DNA of 64,000 bases from Gemmatimonadota bacterium (lineage in GTDB: Bacteria; Gemmatimonadota; Gemmatimonadetes; Gemmatimonadales; GWC2-71-9): NCBI GenBank assembly GCA_036679605.1, contig JAZDCZ010000247.1, positions 1 through 64,000 on the forward strand, read 5' to 3'. Below the pieces are notes generated by a model. It was not told where the DNA came from. It saw nothing but the letters and a program-made list of their open reading frames with translations, and ran no database searches. This document shows, one piece after another, positions 1-9,776 of the stretch (the first letter of the stretch is position 1; each line of letters opens with the position of its first letter). Both the position numbers and the translations under genes were made by a program.

Positions 1-1408
1 GGGGTTGGATGCAGATTGGGGTAGTGGTGTTGTGGCTGCTCGCGAGTTTGGTGTAGTTCCGGGCGAGATGAGCAGTACGGGTCCTCTGGCAGTGGCGGAT
101 TATGATGGCGATGGGGATTTGGATTTATTTGTGGGCGGTCGAGTAGTTCCGAATCGGTATCCGACGTCCCCGGTGTCGCGTTTGTATTTGAATGATGGAT
201 TGGGTGGTTATGAGTTGGACACGTTGAATGCGGGTGTATTGTCGGGCATTGGAATGGTGTCGAGTGCAGTGTATACGGATGTGGATGCTGATGGAGACGT
301 GGACTTATTGTTGGCGTTGGATTGGGGGAGTTTGCGTTTGCTGGAGAATGAGGGTGGAGTGTTTTCTGATGTTACGGAGTCGTGGGGGTTGTCAGGATAC
401 GAGAGCATGTGGAACGGAGTGACGACGGGTGATTTCAATGCAGACGGTCTGCCTGACATAGTGGCTACCAGCTGGGGAAGAAACACCGGACATGAGGTTA
501 GCAAGGACCGTCCACTCATGGTCTTCTTCTCCGACTTTGATGAGAACGGCACGATGGATCCAATTGAAGCTCGCTATGATGACAGGTTGAATGGTCTCGC
601 CCCCATTCGCGGGCTTACGGCACTGAGGAGGGGAATCCCGTTTGTAGGGCGCCGGTTCTCCAGTGCCGACGAGTTTGCCGATGCGCTGCTGCAGGATGTT
701 CTGGGTCCCGCACTTGGCAGTGCGTCGGTGCTGAAAGTGAATGTGCTAGACAACATGGTGTTCATGAATCAGGGGAATGGCTTCCGGGCCCGGCAACTCC
801 CGACCGAAGCACAGGTTGCGCCCGCATTCTATGCCGGAGTAGCAGACATCGATGGTGACGGCAACGAAGACGTCTTCTTGGGGCAGAATTTCTATCCCAA
901 CGAGGTAGAGGTCGGGCGCTATGCCGGGGGCCGAGGGCTTTGGCTGCGTGGAGACGGTCAGGGTGAGTTCGATGCGATATCGGGCACTTTGTCAGGGGTC
1001 AAGATCTACGGAGATCAGCGTGGCGCCGCGCTCGCAGATTACGATGGCGATGGGCGAGTGGATCTGGTGGTGAGCCAAAACGCCAACGCAACCAGGTTGT
1101 ACCACAACGAGGGGGCCGAGCCTGGTATGCGAGTTAGGCTGGTGGGTAACCGCTCCAATCCCAGGGCTGTGGGGGCGACGGTTCGGTTGGTGTATGGCGA
1201 CAGGCGCGGCCCAGCGCGGGAGATACACGCCGGCTCCGGCTACTGGTCCAATGATGGTGCCATACAGGTTCTAGGGCTGAGCGGGCAACCGACAGGTGTT
1301 TGGGTACGGTGGCCCAGTGGAGAGGAAACGCTAACCGGGGTAGGATCCGGCCCCGGAGACGTCACGGTCAGAACGCCAAGTGCCGGCGGGGCAAGCGGTG
1401 GGCTCTAG
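1..1408 (+). CDS. FG-GAP/VCBS-repeat protein with C-terminal ASPIC/UnbV domain (CRTAC1-like), 5' truncated by window edge
   Basis: Repeated DxDGDGxxDL motifs (ADYDGDGDLDLFV, GDFNADGLPDIV, ADIDGDGNEDVF); C-terminal 'AVGATVRL...GSGYWS...VRWPSG' typical of ASPIC/UnbV. Confidence 0.85.
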   Translation, partial: GLDADWGSGVVAAREFGVVPGEMSSTGPLAVADYDGDGDLDLFVGGRVVPNRYPTSPVSRLYLNDGLGGYELDTLNAGVLSGIGMVSSAVYTDVDADGDVDLLLALDWGSLRLLENEGGVFSDVTESWGLSGYESMWNGVTTGDFNADGLPDIVATSWGRNTGHEVSKDRPLMVFFSDFDENGTMDPIEARYDDRLNGLAPIRGLTALRRGIPFVGRRFSSADEFADALLQDVLGPALGSASVLKVNVLDNMVFMNQGNGFRARQLPTEAQVAPAFYAGVADIDGDGNEDVFLGQNFYPNEVEVGRYAGGRGLWLRGDGQGEFDAISGTLSGVKIYGDQRGAALADYDGDGRVDLVVSQNANATRLYHNEGAEPGMRVRLVGNRSNPRAVGATVRLVYGDRRGPAREIHAGSGYWSNDGAIQVLGLSGQPTGVWVRWPSGEETLTGVGSGPGDVTVRTPSAGGASGGL

Positions 1409-2292
1409 CGTGTTCCCACAATTGCCAGCCATTCTCCGGTAGAGCTTGCAGCTAGGCGCGAGATTCCCTTGACGCCTGCGCTAGAGAAATCTGCGACCTC
1501 CCGCCAACCTTCTTTCGATTCCGGATCCCAACTGAACAGTTTTGCGTCTTGGCCCATCAGGACGGTGCCAGAGGAAGTCCACGAATAGAACTCACTGCCT
1601 TCCAATAACTGAATGAGCGGACGCACCGTGTAGGTATCGAGGTCGATCTCCTTGATCCAGAACTCCGGAACCCGGTGAGTAAAACTGATGGCATGTCTTG
1701 TGGGAATCTTGTGAAGAGATCGTCCTATGTTGTAGGCAACGATCGTTGCTTGACCAGTTCGAGTGTTGGCTATCTGCAGGGTTGACGGTCGACCGAGCAC
1801 GAACAACGCCAGCGTGCTGTCGTCGCCCCACGCGTGGTATCCGACCGGCTTGATGTCGGTGAGGACAAGGCTCGGTTGGGTGCCATCGAGTTTGAACTGC
1901 CAGAGCCTCTGGGTCGAATCTGCTTCCACTTGAATGACCGAAAACGTATTGCCACCCGGGGTCACGGTTGCGGAGTACTCGCTCTCCGGAGCGGTCCGTG
2001 TAACCTGGCTAGTCGAACCCGCCGCGATATCGTAGCGATATATATCGGTTTGACCGCCGCGGTTAGACGTGTACAGGACAGATTGGCCGTCCGGAGAAGA
2101 CGACGGCTGATTGTCGTATCCGTCTCGGTCTGTAATGTTGACGGGCACACCAAAACTCATGCGACCACCATTGATTGCGAACTTCACCACGTAGATGTCC
2201 GACCCCGGCGCCCCTTGTGACAGGCATGGGGTCGAGTGCATGCCGAATCCGAGCAGCAGCATTGCAAGGAACGGAAGGCGCCGAGTGTGCAT
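1405..2292 (-). CDS. Secreted TolB-like/PD40 beta-propeller protein
   Basis: Signal peptide; PD40-like repeat '[30 protein letters not shown]'. Confidence 0.75.
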   Translation of the reverse strand: MHTRRLPFLAMLLLGFGMHSTPCLSQGAPGSDIYVVKFAINGGRMSFGVPVNITDRDGYDNQPSSSPDGQSVLYTSNRGGQTDIYRYDIAAGSTSQVTRTAPESEYSATVTPGGNTFSVIQVEADSTQRLWQFKLDGTQPSLVLTDIKPVGYHAWGDDSTLALFVLGRPSTLQIANTRTGQATIVAYNIGRSLHKIPTRHAISFTHRVPEFWIKEIDLDTYTVRPLIQLLEGSEFYSWTSSGTVLMGQDAKLFSWDPESKEGWREVADFSSAGVKGISRLAASSTGEWLAIVGTR

Positions 2293-2397
2293 AGGAGTTA
2301 TCCTTACGGACGAATTTTGTGCGTTGTGCCGCTAGTCGAAGCAAGATGTGTAGCAGAGTTACTCATGTCAAATTTCCAAAAACCTTTTGGAGGACGG

Positions 2398-2865
2398 ATG
2401 CGTAAGCTGGTTACATTGATGTTGGCCTTCGTTGTCGGAGCGTGCAGTGGCGACAACGGAGAGAGCGATAGCCCAGAGTCAAGTACTGCGTCATTTGCCG
2501 CCGAGCTAGGAGTGAATGTGGACGAATTGATTGAAACCGCGTCGGGATTGCGGTACCAGGATCTAGAGGTCGGGACCGGAAGCGAAGCCGTGCCGGGCAC
2601 TTCTGTCTCGGTGCACTACACCGGTTGGCTTACGGACGGTACCAAGTTCGACAGCAGCGTAGATCGCGGTGAGCCGTTTGAGTTCCGGCTGGGCGCCGGC
2701 ATGGTCATCGCCGGTTGGGATGAAGGCGTAGCCGGCATGAACATCGGTGGAAAACGCAAATTCGTGATTCCGAGTGACCTAGGATATGGGGCGGCCGGAG
2801 CCGGACGGGATATTCCACCCAACGCCACCCTTGTATTCGACGTGGAGTTGCTCGCCGTCAGGTAA
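2398..2865 (+). CDS. FKBP-type peptidyl-prolyl isomerase, lipoprotein
   Basis: '[16 protein letters not shown]...VIAGWDEGV...[14 protein letters not shown]'; GGAGG before ATG 2398; lipobox VGAC. Confidence 0.95.
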   Translation: MRKLVTLMLAFVVGACSGDNGESDSPESSTASFAAELGVNVDELIETASGLRYQDLEVGTGSEAVPGTSVSVHYTGWLTDGTKFDSSVDRGEPFEFRLGAGMVIAGWDEGVAGMNIGGKRKFVIPSDLGYGAAGAGRDIPPNATLVFDVELLAVR

Positions 2866-2904
2866 CTGCGTTGTCCCGGTGTTCGGTGCTGCACTCGAGA
2901 TGTG

Positions 2905-3657
2905 CTAACGTCCCGTATGCAGCACCTTCGCCAGCCCGAACCATGACAACACTTTGATGTAGATCCAGCCAACGTCAAGCTCAAACCACCGCCGCCGGAA
3001 CCGGGCTGACTTCGGGTCTGAGTGGTGGTTGTTGTGCAGTTCCTCGCCACCCAGCAGAAAACCGACGGGGAAGAAATTCCGTGATGCGTCCTTGGTGTTG
3101 AAGTTACGATAGCCCCACACGTGTCCGATCCCGTTCACAACACCGCCGAGTGCAGGGGACCACAGCACTTGCGCGAGCCAGACAACCGGGCCCCACAGCC
3201 AGCCCATCAGGTAAATGTCGATGGCAAGTAGAATGACCACTCCCAAGGTCTGCCACTTCGAAAAAATCCAACGCTCCAGCCAGTCCTCCGGGCATCCCTT
3301 CCCGTATTTCTGCAGGACAACGGGGTCGCGGCTGGCCCGCCGGTAATAGTACCAACCGCCAAACAAGATGTTCTTGAGGCCTACCAGTATCGGACTATGT
3401 GGATCTCCGTCTCGGTCTGCAAACGCGTGGTGCTTCCGGTGGCAGGCAACCCACTGTTTCGTGATGATGCCGGTCGTGAGCCACAGCCAAGTCCTCATCG
3501 GTACTGACACGATTGCATGAAGCTTGACGCCATTGTGAGTCATGCCGCGATGGAGGTAAATCGTCGTTGCGGCATTCGTGAGGTGCCCGGCGACAGCCAT
3601 GTAGACCAATGGAACCCACCAAGCTAAGAACAAAAATCCGATTTCTGGCACAGGCAT
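2905..3657 (-). CDS. Membrane fatty-acid desaturase (DesA/delta-9-like)
   Basis: His boxes HRGMTH, HRKHH and GEELHNNHH; DPHSP motif. Confidence 0.9.
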   Translation of the reverse strand: MPVPEIGFLFLAWWVPLVYMAVAGHLTNAATTIYLHRGMTHNGVKLHAIVSVPMRTWLWLTTGIITKQWVACHRKHHAFADRDGDPHSPILVGLKNILFGGWYYYRRASRDPVVLQKYGKGCPEDWLERWIFSKWQTLGVVILLAIDIYLMGWLWGPVVWLAQVLWSPALGGVVNGIGHVWGYRNFNTKDASRNFFPVGFLLGGEELHNNHHSDPKSARFRRRWFELDVGWIYIKVLSWFGLAKVLHTGR

Positions 3658-3844
3658 ACATCCTATCCGAAGAGTGTCGGTCCGGCGGCCTAAAACTATC
3701 GTATTCAGTGCCTTACCGCGAGTGGTGGCGAGCCGTAAGCAGGCCGGGGTCTGATTCGTTTCTTGTCTAGGATTCCCGGCATGTTACTTTTCTTGGCGTC
3801 ACGCTCTAATAGAGAGCGACAACGGCCTAACCAGGGAAACAAAT

Positions 3845-4723
3845 ATGACCGTTAAGCAAGAACGCGGAATTCGGTGGCACAACGTCATCGTGGTGGGAGG
3901 CGCCACGATCGTCTCGCTGATCGGTGTTCCGTGGTACATCATCACCACTGGATTACATACCGCCGAAGTCGTGACGGCCGTGGCACTTTTTGTGGCGATC
4001 AGCCTGTCCGTCACGGGCGGATACCACCGGTTGTTCGCGCACCGTGCGTACGAGGCGAAAGCGCCGCTCAAGTTGGCCTACCTGATCTTCGGTGCAGGAG
4101 CGCTCGAGAACACAGCGCTCGAGTGGGCGGCCCAGCACCGCGCGCACCACGCCAACACCGATAGGGAAGGTGACCCTTACAGCATCAAGGAAGGGTTCTG
4201 GTGGGCGCACGTCAACTGGGTGTTCCATGATCTGAGTGACAGTGAAGATGTTGCGACCAAGCGGTGGCGTGATCTGCAACGTGACCCGCTCGTGGTGTGG
4301 CAGGACCGAAACTATCTACCGATAGCGATAGGTATTGCCTTCGGCATTCCCTTGATCGTAGGATTGGCGGTGGGCAATGTGTTGGGGTTACTGCTAATTG
4401 CCGGGGTGCTTCGCATTAGCGTGACGCATCACGCCACGTTTCTGATCAACAGCCTGGCGCATTTCTGGGGCTCGCAGCCCTACTGCTCGGATCACACGGC
4501 ACGCGACTCGAGCCTGGTGGCTTTGCTCACGATGGGCGAGGGCTATCACAACTATCATCACACCTTTCCGACCGACTACCGAACCGGTGCCAAGTGGTGG
4601 CACCTCGATCCCACGAAGTGGATGATCTACTGGCTTGCAAAGCTGGGTCTTGCCCGGCGTCTCAAACGTGCTTCCCCCGAGCGAGTTGCGCAGGCGCTAG
4701 CATCGCAGCAACAACCGGGCTGA
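3845..4723 (+). CDS. Membrane fatty-acid desaturase (stearoyl-CoA delta-9-like)
   Basis: His boxes GYHRLFAH, HRAHH and GEGYHNYHH; INSLAH motif. Confidence 0.92.
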   Translation: MTVKQERGIRWHNVIVVGGATIVSLIGVPWYIITTGLHTAEVVTAVALFVAISLSVTGGYHRLFAHRAYEAKAPLKLAYLIFGAGALENTALEWAAQHRAHHANTDREGDPYSIKEGFWWAHVNWVFHDLSDSEDVATKRWRDLQRDPLVVWQDRNYLPIAIGIAFGIPLIVGLAVGNVLGLLLIAGVLRISVTHHATFLINSLAHFWGSQPYCSDHTARDSSLVALLTMGEGYHNYHHTFPTDYRTGAKWWHLDPTKWMIYWLAKLGLARRLKRASPERVAQALASQQQPG

Positions 4724-4771
4724 TCGGATTGGTGCCGCGGCTGGGCGGCGGGGCGGCGGGAGCGGCGCATC

Positions 4772-5998
4772 ATGAAAACCAACAATAGACGTCGCATAGC
4801 GGTGATCGGAGGGGGCCCGGTAGGGCTCGAGGCGGCCGCAGCCGCAGTGCGTCTGGGCTTTGAAACCACCGTGTTCGAACGCGGCGAGATCGCCCGGCAC
4901 GTGTCACAGTGGGGGCACGTCAAATTGTTCACGCACTTCGGGATGAACGCCGGACCCGAAGGCAGGCGGCTCGTGACCGAGTTAGGTGGCTCGCTGCCCG
5001 GTGATGACGACTTTTTGACAGGTGGTGGGTTCCGCGATCGTTTCCTGGTGCCACTGGGAGCGGTGCTCGGGAAGTCGGCTTGTGTCAGAACACAGTGCCG
5101 GGTGATCGCGGTCGGCCGAAATCACCTCTTGAAGGGCGAGGACATCGGAGACTCCGTGAGAGCCGATGACGGATTCCGGATCCTCTTCGAGCATGAGGGT
5201 GCCGAACATGTGACAGAGGCCGACGTTGTGCTGGATTGCACGGGCACGTATGGCAGTCCGAGTTGGCTTGGCCCAGGCGGAAACGCGGCGGTCGGCGAGC
5301 GGCGGCTGCGAGATGCAGTTGAGTACGGTCTGCCCGACATCCTCGGTTCCGACCGCGACACGTATGCCGGCAAACACACACTCCTCGTTGGCGATGGTCT
5401 GTCCGCCGCGACTTCCGTGCTCTTGCTCGCCGAACTGGGTGACAAGCACCCGGGGTCGACCTTTCATTGGGCTACACGGGGCGAGAAACGGCGGCCGGTC
5501 GAACCGATTCCCGGTGACGAGCTTTCCGCGCGGAGAGATCTCACGTCTCGTGCTAACGCACTTGCCGGTGACCCACCCCCAGGATGCACGTGGGAGTGCG
5601 ATGTGCATGTCGCATCGATCGAGCGGTCGGGAGACGACGGACCGTTCTCGGTGGCCCTGAGCAATGGTTCGGGAACACGCACCGAGTCGTTCGATCGAAT
5701 CATCGCCAACGTCGGGTTCGAGCCCGACGACAGCATCTACCGGCAACTGCAGATCCACGAGTGCTACGCCTCCCGCGGCCCGATGAAGCTGTCGGCTGCC
5801 CTCATGGCGGCGAGCGGAGACGGGCCGGCCGACTGTTTATCGCTCGGTGGGTTCGGCCCTGACGCACTGATGAACCCCGAGCCCAACTATTTCATTCTGG
5901 GTATGAAGAGCTACGGCAAGAGTTCGGCGTTCCTGCTTCGGACGGGTTACGAGCAGGTGAGAGATGTGTTTGCGTTGCTTGGTGGGACGGGGCGGTAG
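4772..5998 (+). CDS. FAD/NAD(P)-dependent oxidoreductase (flavoprotein monooxygenase-like)
   Basis: GxGxxG (VIGGGPVG), DCTG motif, second Rossmann motif VGDGLSA, C-terminal 'GMKSYG...FLLRTGYEQV'. Confidence 0.8.
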   Translation: MKTNNRRRIAVIGGGPVGLEAAAAAVRLGFETTVFERGEIARHVSQWGHVKLFTHFGMNAGPEGRRLVTELGGSLPGDDDFLTGGGFRDRFLVPLGAVLGKSACVRTQCRVIAVGRNHLLKGEDIGDSVRADDGFRILFEHEGAEHVTEADVVLDCTGTYGSPSWLGPGGNAAVGERRLRDAVEYGLPDILGSDRDTYAGKHTLLVGDGLSAATSVLLLAELGDKHPGSTFHWATRGEKRRPVEPIPGDELSARRDLTSRANALAGDPPPGCTWECDVHVASIERSGDDGPFSVALSNGSGTRTESFDRIIANVGFEPDDSIYRQLQIHECYASRGPMKLSAALMAASGDGPADCLSLGGFGPDALMNPEPNYFILGMKSYGKSSAFLLRTGYEQVRDVFALLGGTGR

Positions 5999-6036
5999 GG
6001 TGGTAGGGCGAGCGGGAAGCGGGAAGTGAAATGTGA
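5994..6036. repeat. Degenerate 7-bp tandem repeat tract
   Basis: CGAGCGG GAAGCGG GAAGTGA AATGTGA immediately after the oxidoreductase stop. Confidence 0.55.
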
Positions 6037-6039
6037 CGG

Positions 6040-6081
6040 GTGGTGCTCAACTGGTTCGAGGAGTTGAAGGAAAAGCGCTGA
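6040..6081 (+). pseudogene. 3' tail remnant (VVLNWFEELKEKR*), like the C-terminus of Ser/Thr kinase-PD40 propeller proteins
   Basis: Hand translation; 'VVLNWFEELK' resembles the terminal motif of that family. In-frame TGA just upstream and no gene body. Confidence 0.55.
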
Positions 6082-6098
6082 GGTGGACACCCGTTCCA

Positions 6099-6230
6099 TC
6101 ACCACACCGTCGGAACTCCATACTCCGTGAAGACCGGATCCTGGCTCACGCATGTCAAGTCTTCGAGTTGCGTCTGCGCAATCAACATGCGATCGAACGG
6201 ATCTTTGTGGTGTAGCGGCAGATCTGCGGC
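6099..6230 (-). pseudogene. vapC: C-terminal fragment of a PIN-domain (VapC) toxin
   Basis: Hand translation AADLPLHHKDPFDRMLIAQTQLEDLTCVSQDPVFTEYGVPTVW*; HxDPFDRxLIAQ is a VapC signature. 5' part missing. Confidence 0.85.
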
Positions 6231-6237
6231 ACACGGG

Positions 6238-6279
6238 ACGAGTGAAAAGTGAGAGGTGAAATGTGAAAGGGGACGAGTG
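6238..6279. repeat. Degenerate 7-bp tandem repeat tract (6 units)
   Basis: ACGAGTG AAAAGTG AGAGGTG AAATGTG AAAGGGG ACGAGTG. Confidence 0.7.
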
Positions 6280-6467
6280 ACCGAGCGAGGCTAGCATGAT
6301 AACCAGCGGTTGATGCGGTTGGTAGGTCCCTCTGCGCCGCTGTGGTCCGGCCGGCATTCGGTGATCTAGGAGGCAGCGAGCGGACCAACGCGGCGCTCCG
6401 GGACCCACCAACACGCGTCTCCGCTGCCGGGCATCTGCGTAATCTGTGGCCCCCTGAATTGTCACAC

Positions 6468-6599
6468 CCCTAACCAGCTTGATTGCGCATCAAGTGTCCC
6501 AGTCACGCTCTACGGGCCGAGGTTGTGGGCGCCAAGTTCAGATGTGGCTAAAGTAGGGCTGTTGGACTTGCAGGCGGGGGTATGGCGGATACGTTAGAT
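6468..6599 (+). other. Degenerate attC-like site
   Basis: CCCTAAC at 6468 and GTTAGAT core at 6593, 132 nt overall; inner partial complementarity CAAGTGTCCCAGTC / GGCTGTTGGACTTG. Confidence 0.35.
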
Positions 6600-6839
6600 C
6601 GTTCCATGCATTCTAGATCGAAGGTCCTCCGATCTAGTACGTCCCGCCGTCAGATATGAAGTGAGTACCGTGGAGATGCGTGCACGATTACTCCAGAATG
6701 ATCACACCTTGGAGGGGCGAATAGGTGACCTGCAAATGGTATCTCGCGAATCGGTTGTGAACAACCTGTGGCGGTTCTACGATCAGGAGCATCCCGAGGT
6801 AGGCGCGTTCGCATGTCAGCATCAGGATTGGGTGATGTG

Positions 6840-7382
6840 ATGGGAGTGCCTCGTTTCAAGCTCCAATTCCATCGACGGCGCATTCCGGAACTGGCCGAGT
6901 GCTACGCGAGCGAGCAACCACCGGACGCCCGGGCCGAAGAGCGTCGCCTCATCAAAACAGTCGGTCCAGCTGTTCGCAAACGCGGGCATTATGAATTGCG
7001 AGAGTTCGTGGATCTCTGCCTTTGGAAGAGTCAGCGTGCTAAGAAGCGCTACCAGTCACTCCCTAAATCACTCGTCGTTGAGGCCACCAGGGCGGCGCTC
7101 GCTGCCCGAGACGATCGGCTTCGGATAGGCGTTCTCACACTCCTCGATGGGGTTAGTTGGCCCACGGCCTCCGTGCTACTCCACTTTGGGCACCTGGATC
7201 CGTATCCGATCCTGGACGTACGCGCTCTCGAGTCACTCGGTGTGTCGCAGCCCTCCAGCTACACATTCGATTTCTGGTGGGCGTACGTCTCTGAATGTCG
7301 GTGGCTGGCTGGCGAGAATAACGTGGACATTAGGACACTGGATCGAGCGCTGTGGCAGTACTCGAAGAGAGACGGTAGGTGA
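6840..7382 (+). CDS. Helix-hairpin-helix (HhH-GPD-like) DNA glycosylase-fold protein
   Basis: HhH-like 'LTLLDGVSWPTASVLL', then 'YPILDVRAL' (conserved Asp) and terminal 'RTLDRALW'. Start uncertain. Confidence 0.65.
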   Translation: MGVPRFKLQFHRRRIPELAECYASEQPPDARAEERRLIKTVGPAVRKRGHYELREFVDLCLWKSQRAKKRYQSLPKSLVVEATRAALAARDDRLRIGVLTLLDGVSWPTASVLLHFGHLDPYPILDVRALESLGVSQPSSYTFDFWWAYVSECRWLAGENNVDIRTLDRALWQYSKRDGR

Positions 7383-7476
7383 AAAATGAAAAATGCAATG
7401 GCCAGCATCTGCTAGTGCATTACGTGATAGGGTGGCACCTTACTACCCCTTTTCTGACTGTGTTGGAGGGTCACCG

Positions 7477-8652
7477 ATGAGTGGAATATTCGTGCTCCAG
7501 GGCGAGAGTGACCTCGTGGAACTCGAGGAAACGGCCTACGATAGTGAAGCTCGGTTACAGGATCTCCTCGCCAGGTTTCCATCACTGATTCCAGGTGATC
7601 AAGTCGATCCTGATGCACCACGGAAGTGGCTGTTGGTCACTCGGGAGCAGGGTGTGCCCGATCAAGAGGGCGGCTCTGACCGATGGTCACTGGATCACTT
7701 GTTCCTCGATCAGGACGGAGTCCCGACATTGGTCGAGGTCAAGCGGAGTTCAGATACACGTATCCGCAGAGAAGTGGTCGGTCAAATGCTCGACTATGCC
7801 GCGAACGCCGTCGTGTATTGGCCGGTAGAAGCGATCCAAGCGACGTTCGAGGCCCGCTGCGAACGCGAAGAAGTAGATCCTGATCAGTTGCTTGAAAGTT
7901 TCCTTGGAGAGGAAGCGGATCTCGAAGACTTCTGGCACAAGGTCAAGATCAACCTACAAGCTGGCCGAGTACGATTGCTTTTCGTTGCGGATAAGATTCC
8001 TTCGGAACTCCGGCGGGTTGTGGAATTTCTTGACCAACAGATGGATCCGGCGCAGGTTCTGGCGGTTGAAGTCAAACAGTATCAGGGACAGGGCCTCCGC
8101 AGTCTTATCCCGCGGGTGATCGGTCAGACTGAGCAAGCACGGCGTCGCAAGACACCAGGGGCTCGCCGAAGGGACTGGGATGAGCCGTCATTCTTTGAGG
8201 TGTTGGAGGCTCGTCCCGATACAAGTGATGTGAAGGTGGCAAGGGCTCTTCTTGAATGGGGCAAGAAATGCGCTGTCCGTATTGGGTGGGGCAAGGGGAA
8301 GAAATGGGGGTCGTTCGCGCCGATTCTTGAAGTCGCGGGCACCGATTTCTATCCGATCAGAGTCTGGCCTGGCTATAGAAATGCTCAAGTAGAGATCCCG
8401 TTCCAGGCTATGAAGGTGCCTCCCTTCGACACGGAGGACGGCCGTCGCTCACTGCTTGATCGTCTCAATGAAATTTCCGGAGTCAAGTTATCGTCTGACT
8501 CGGTGGCAAAGTTTCCAAATATTCCGCTGCACGTGCTCAGCAGTCAGGCAACCCAGGCGCAGTTCCTATCAGTTTTGGATTGGATTTGCGAGGGAGTCGT
8601 CGAAGCAGGGTCAGATGCAAATGGGCTGGAGGGCGATCATGGCGATATTTGA
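7477..8652 (+). CDS. NucS-like PD-(D/E)xK endonuclease-domain protein 1
   Basis: 'EARLQDLL...RE...SLDHLFLDQDGVPTLVEVKR...VVGQMLDYA'; GGAGG before ATG 7477. Confidence 0.75.
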   Translation: MSGIFVLQGESDLVELEETAYDSEARLQDLLARFPSLIPGDQVDPDAPRKWLLVTREQGVPDQEGGSDRWSLDHLFLDQDGVPTLVEVKRSSDTRIRREVVGQMLDYAANAVVYWPVEAIQATFEARCEREEVDPDQLLESFLGEEADLEDFWHKVKINLQAGRVRLLFVADKIPSELRRVVEFLDQQMDPAQVLAVEVKQYQGQGLRSLIPRVIGQTEQARRRKTPGARRRDWDEPSFFEVLEARPDTSDVKVARALLEWGKKCAVRIGWGKGKKWGSFAPILEVAGTDFYPIRVWPGYRNAQVEIPFQAMKVPPFDTEDGRRSLLDRLNEISGVKLSSDSVAKFPNIPLHVLSSQATQAQFLSVLDWICEGVVEAGSDANGLEGDHGDI

Positions 8653-9730
8653 AGTTGGACAGGACAAGATCACGATGGTGCAGGCTACCTCGTTTGCCGC
8701 TGCCGGGCTTAAGGAAAGGACTGATCTGCAGCGTCTGTTGCGCGACCAGATCGAAGTGGTTGCGCCCGACGTGTTGGTGATTGCGGAAGAGTTCGGAGAT
8801 TGGACCGAATCCCGTAGACGCATTGATCTCCTCGGCGTCGACAAGGATGCTAATCTCGTGATCATTGAGCTAAAGCGGACGGACGACGGCGGCCATATGG
8901 AATTGCAGGCGGTGCGATACGCAGCGATGGTTTCGACTTTGACCGCCGAGCGCGCGGTTGAAATCTTTGGACGGTTCCTGAAGGAACGAGGACGCGAGGC
9001 CGATCCCAAACAGACACTGCTCGATTTTTTGGAATGGGATGAGCTGGATGAGGACAGGTTCGCACAGGATGTACGGCTCGTGCTGGTCTCGGCCGACTTT
9101 TCCCGTGAGCTAACCACAGCGGTCATGTGGCTAAACGAAAAGGAACTCGATATTCGATGCGTGCGCATCCGACCGTATTCCCACGATGACCGAACACTCA
9201 TTGATGTGCAGCAGGTAATTCCGCTACCTGAGGTGGCGGACTACCAGGTGCAGGTCCGTGAGAAGAAGCGACGAGAAAAACAATCACGAACGGGTGCTGA
9301 TTTCACCAGATTCGACGTCATGATAAACGACAACAAGTACTCGGATCAGTGGAAAAGAAACGCCATTCTGCTGGTGGTGAAACACCTTTGTGCGCATGGT
9401 ACAGCTCCAGATGACATAGCCGACGTGCTGGAGCCCACGAAAGGAAAAGTCCGGCTGTGGCGTGCTGTTGAAGGTGAGATCAACGATGTAGAGGAGTTCG
9501 ACGTGAGAGCCTCTGCCGATGCGGAGACTCACGGCAAGAAATACCATAGCCGTCGCTGGCATACCCGCGATGGCGATCTCATTGTCCACGATGGCAGCAC
9601 GTATGCCTTCAGTAATCAATGGGGTCGGTCATGGTCGCAAGCTATGGAACTACTGAGGGAACACTATCCAGAGGTGCGTCTTCAGTGGGTTCCGACCAAA
9701 GAAATGAAGGGAGGTATGGGGATTGGATAG
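8639..9730 (+). CDS. NucS-like PD-(D/E)xK endonuclease-domain protein 2
   Basis: 'ERTDLQRLL...AEEF...RRIDLLGVDKDANLVIIELKR...QAVRYAAM'; ATG 8639 with GGAGG overlaps the previous gene end. Confidence 0.8.
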   Translation: MAIFEVGQDKITMVQATSFAAAGLKERTDLQRLLRDQIEVVAPDVLVIAEEFGDWTESRRRIDLLGVDKDANLVIIELKRTDDGGHMELQAVRYAAMVSTLTAERAVEIFGRFLKERGREADPKQTLLDFLEWDELDEDRFAQDVRLVLVSADFSRELTTAVMWLNEKELDIRCVRIRPYSHDDRTLIDVQQVIPLPEVADYQVQVREKKRREKQSRTGADFTRFDVMINDNKYSDQWKRNAILLVVKHLCAHGTAPDDIADVLEPTKGKVRLWRAVEGEINDVEEFDVRASADAETHGKKYHSRRWHTRDGDLIVHDGSTYAFSNQWGRSWSQAMELLREHYPEVRLQWVPTKEMKGGMGIG

Positions 9731-9776
9731 TCAGTTTCTGCACGGAATATTGGTTACGGGATACGCTTAGTACTTG

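Noticed and set aside
1..430. Diversity-generating retroelement variable region
   Set aside because: The bias affects C at synonymous sites rather than A; no reverse transcriptase or template repeat is in the window.
4982..5758. Long antisense ORFs (also 8611-9201, 32303-32998, 59701-60453, 60739-61245)
   Set aside because: Shadow frames of well-supported genes in GC-rich DNA, with no motifs.
5947..6465. 172-aa minus-strand ORF
   Set aside because: Runs through heptamer tracts and out of frame across the VapC remnant; not a real gene.
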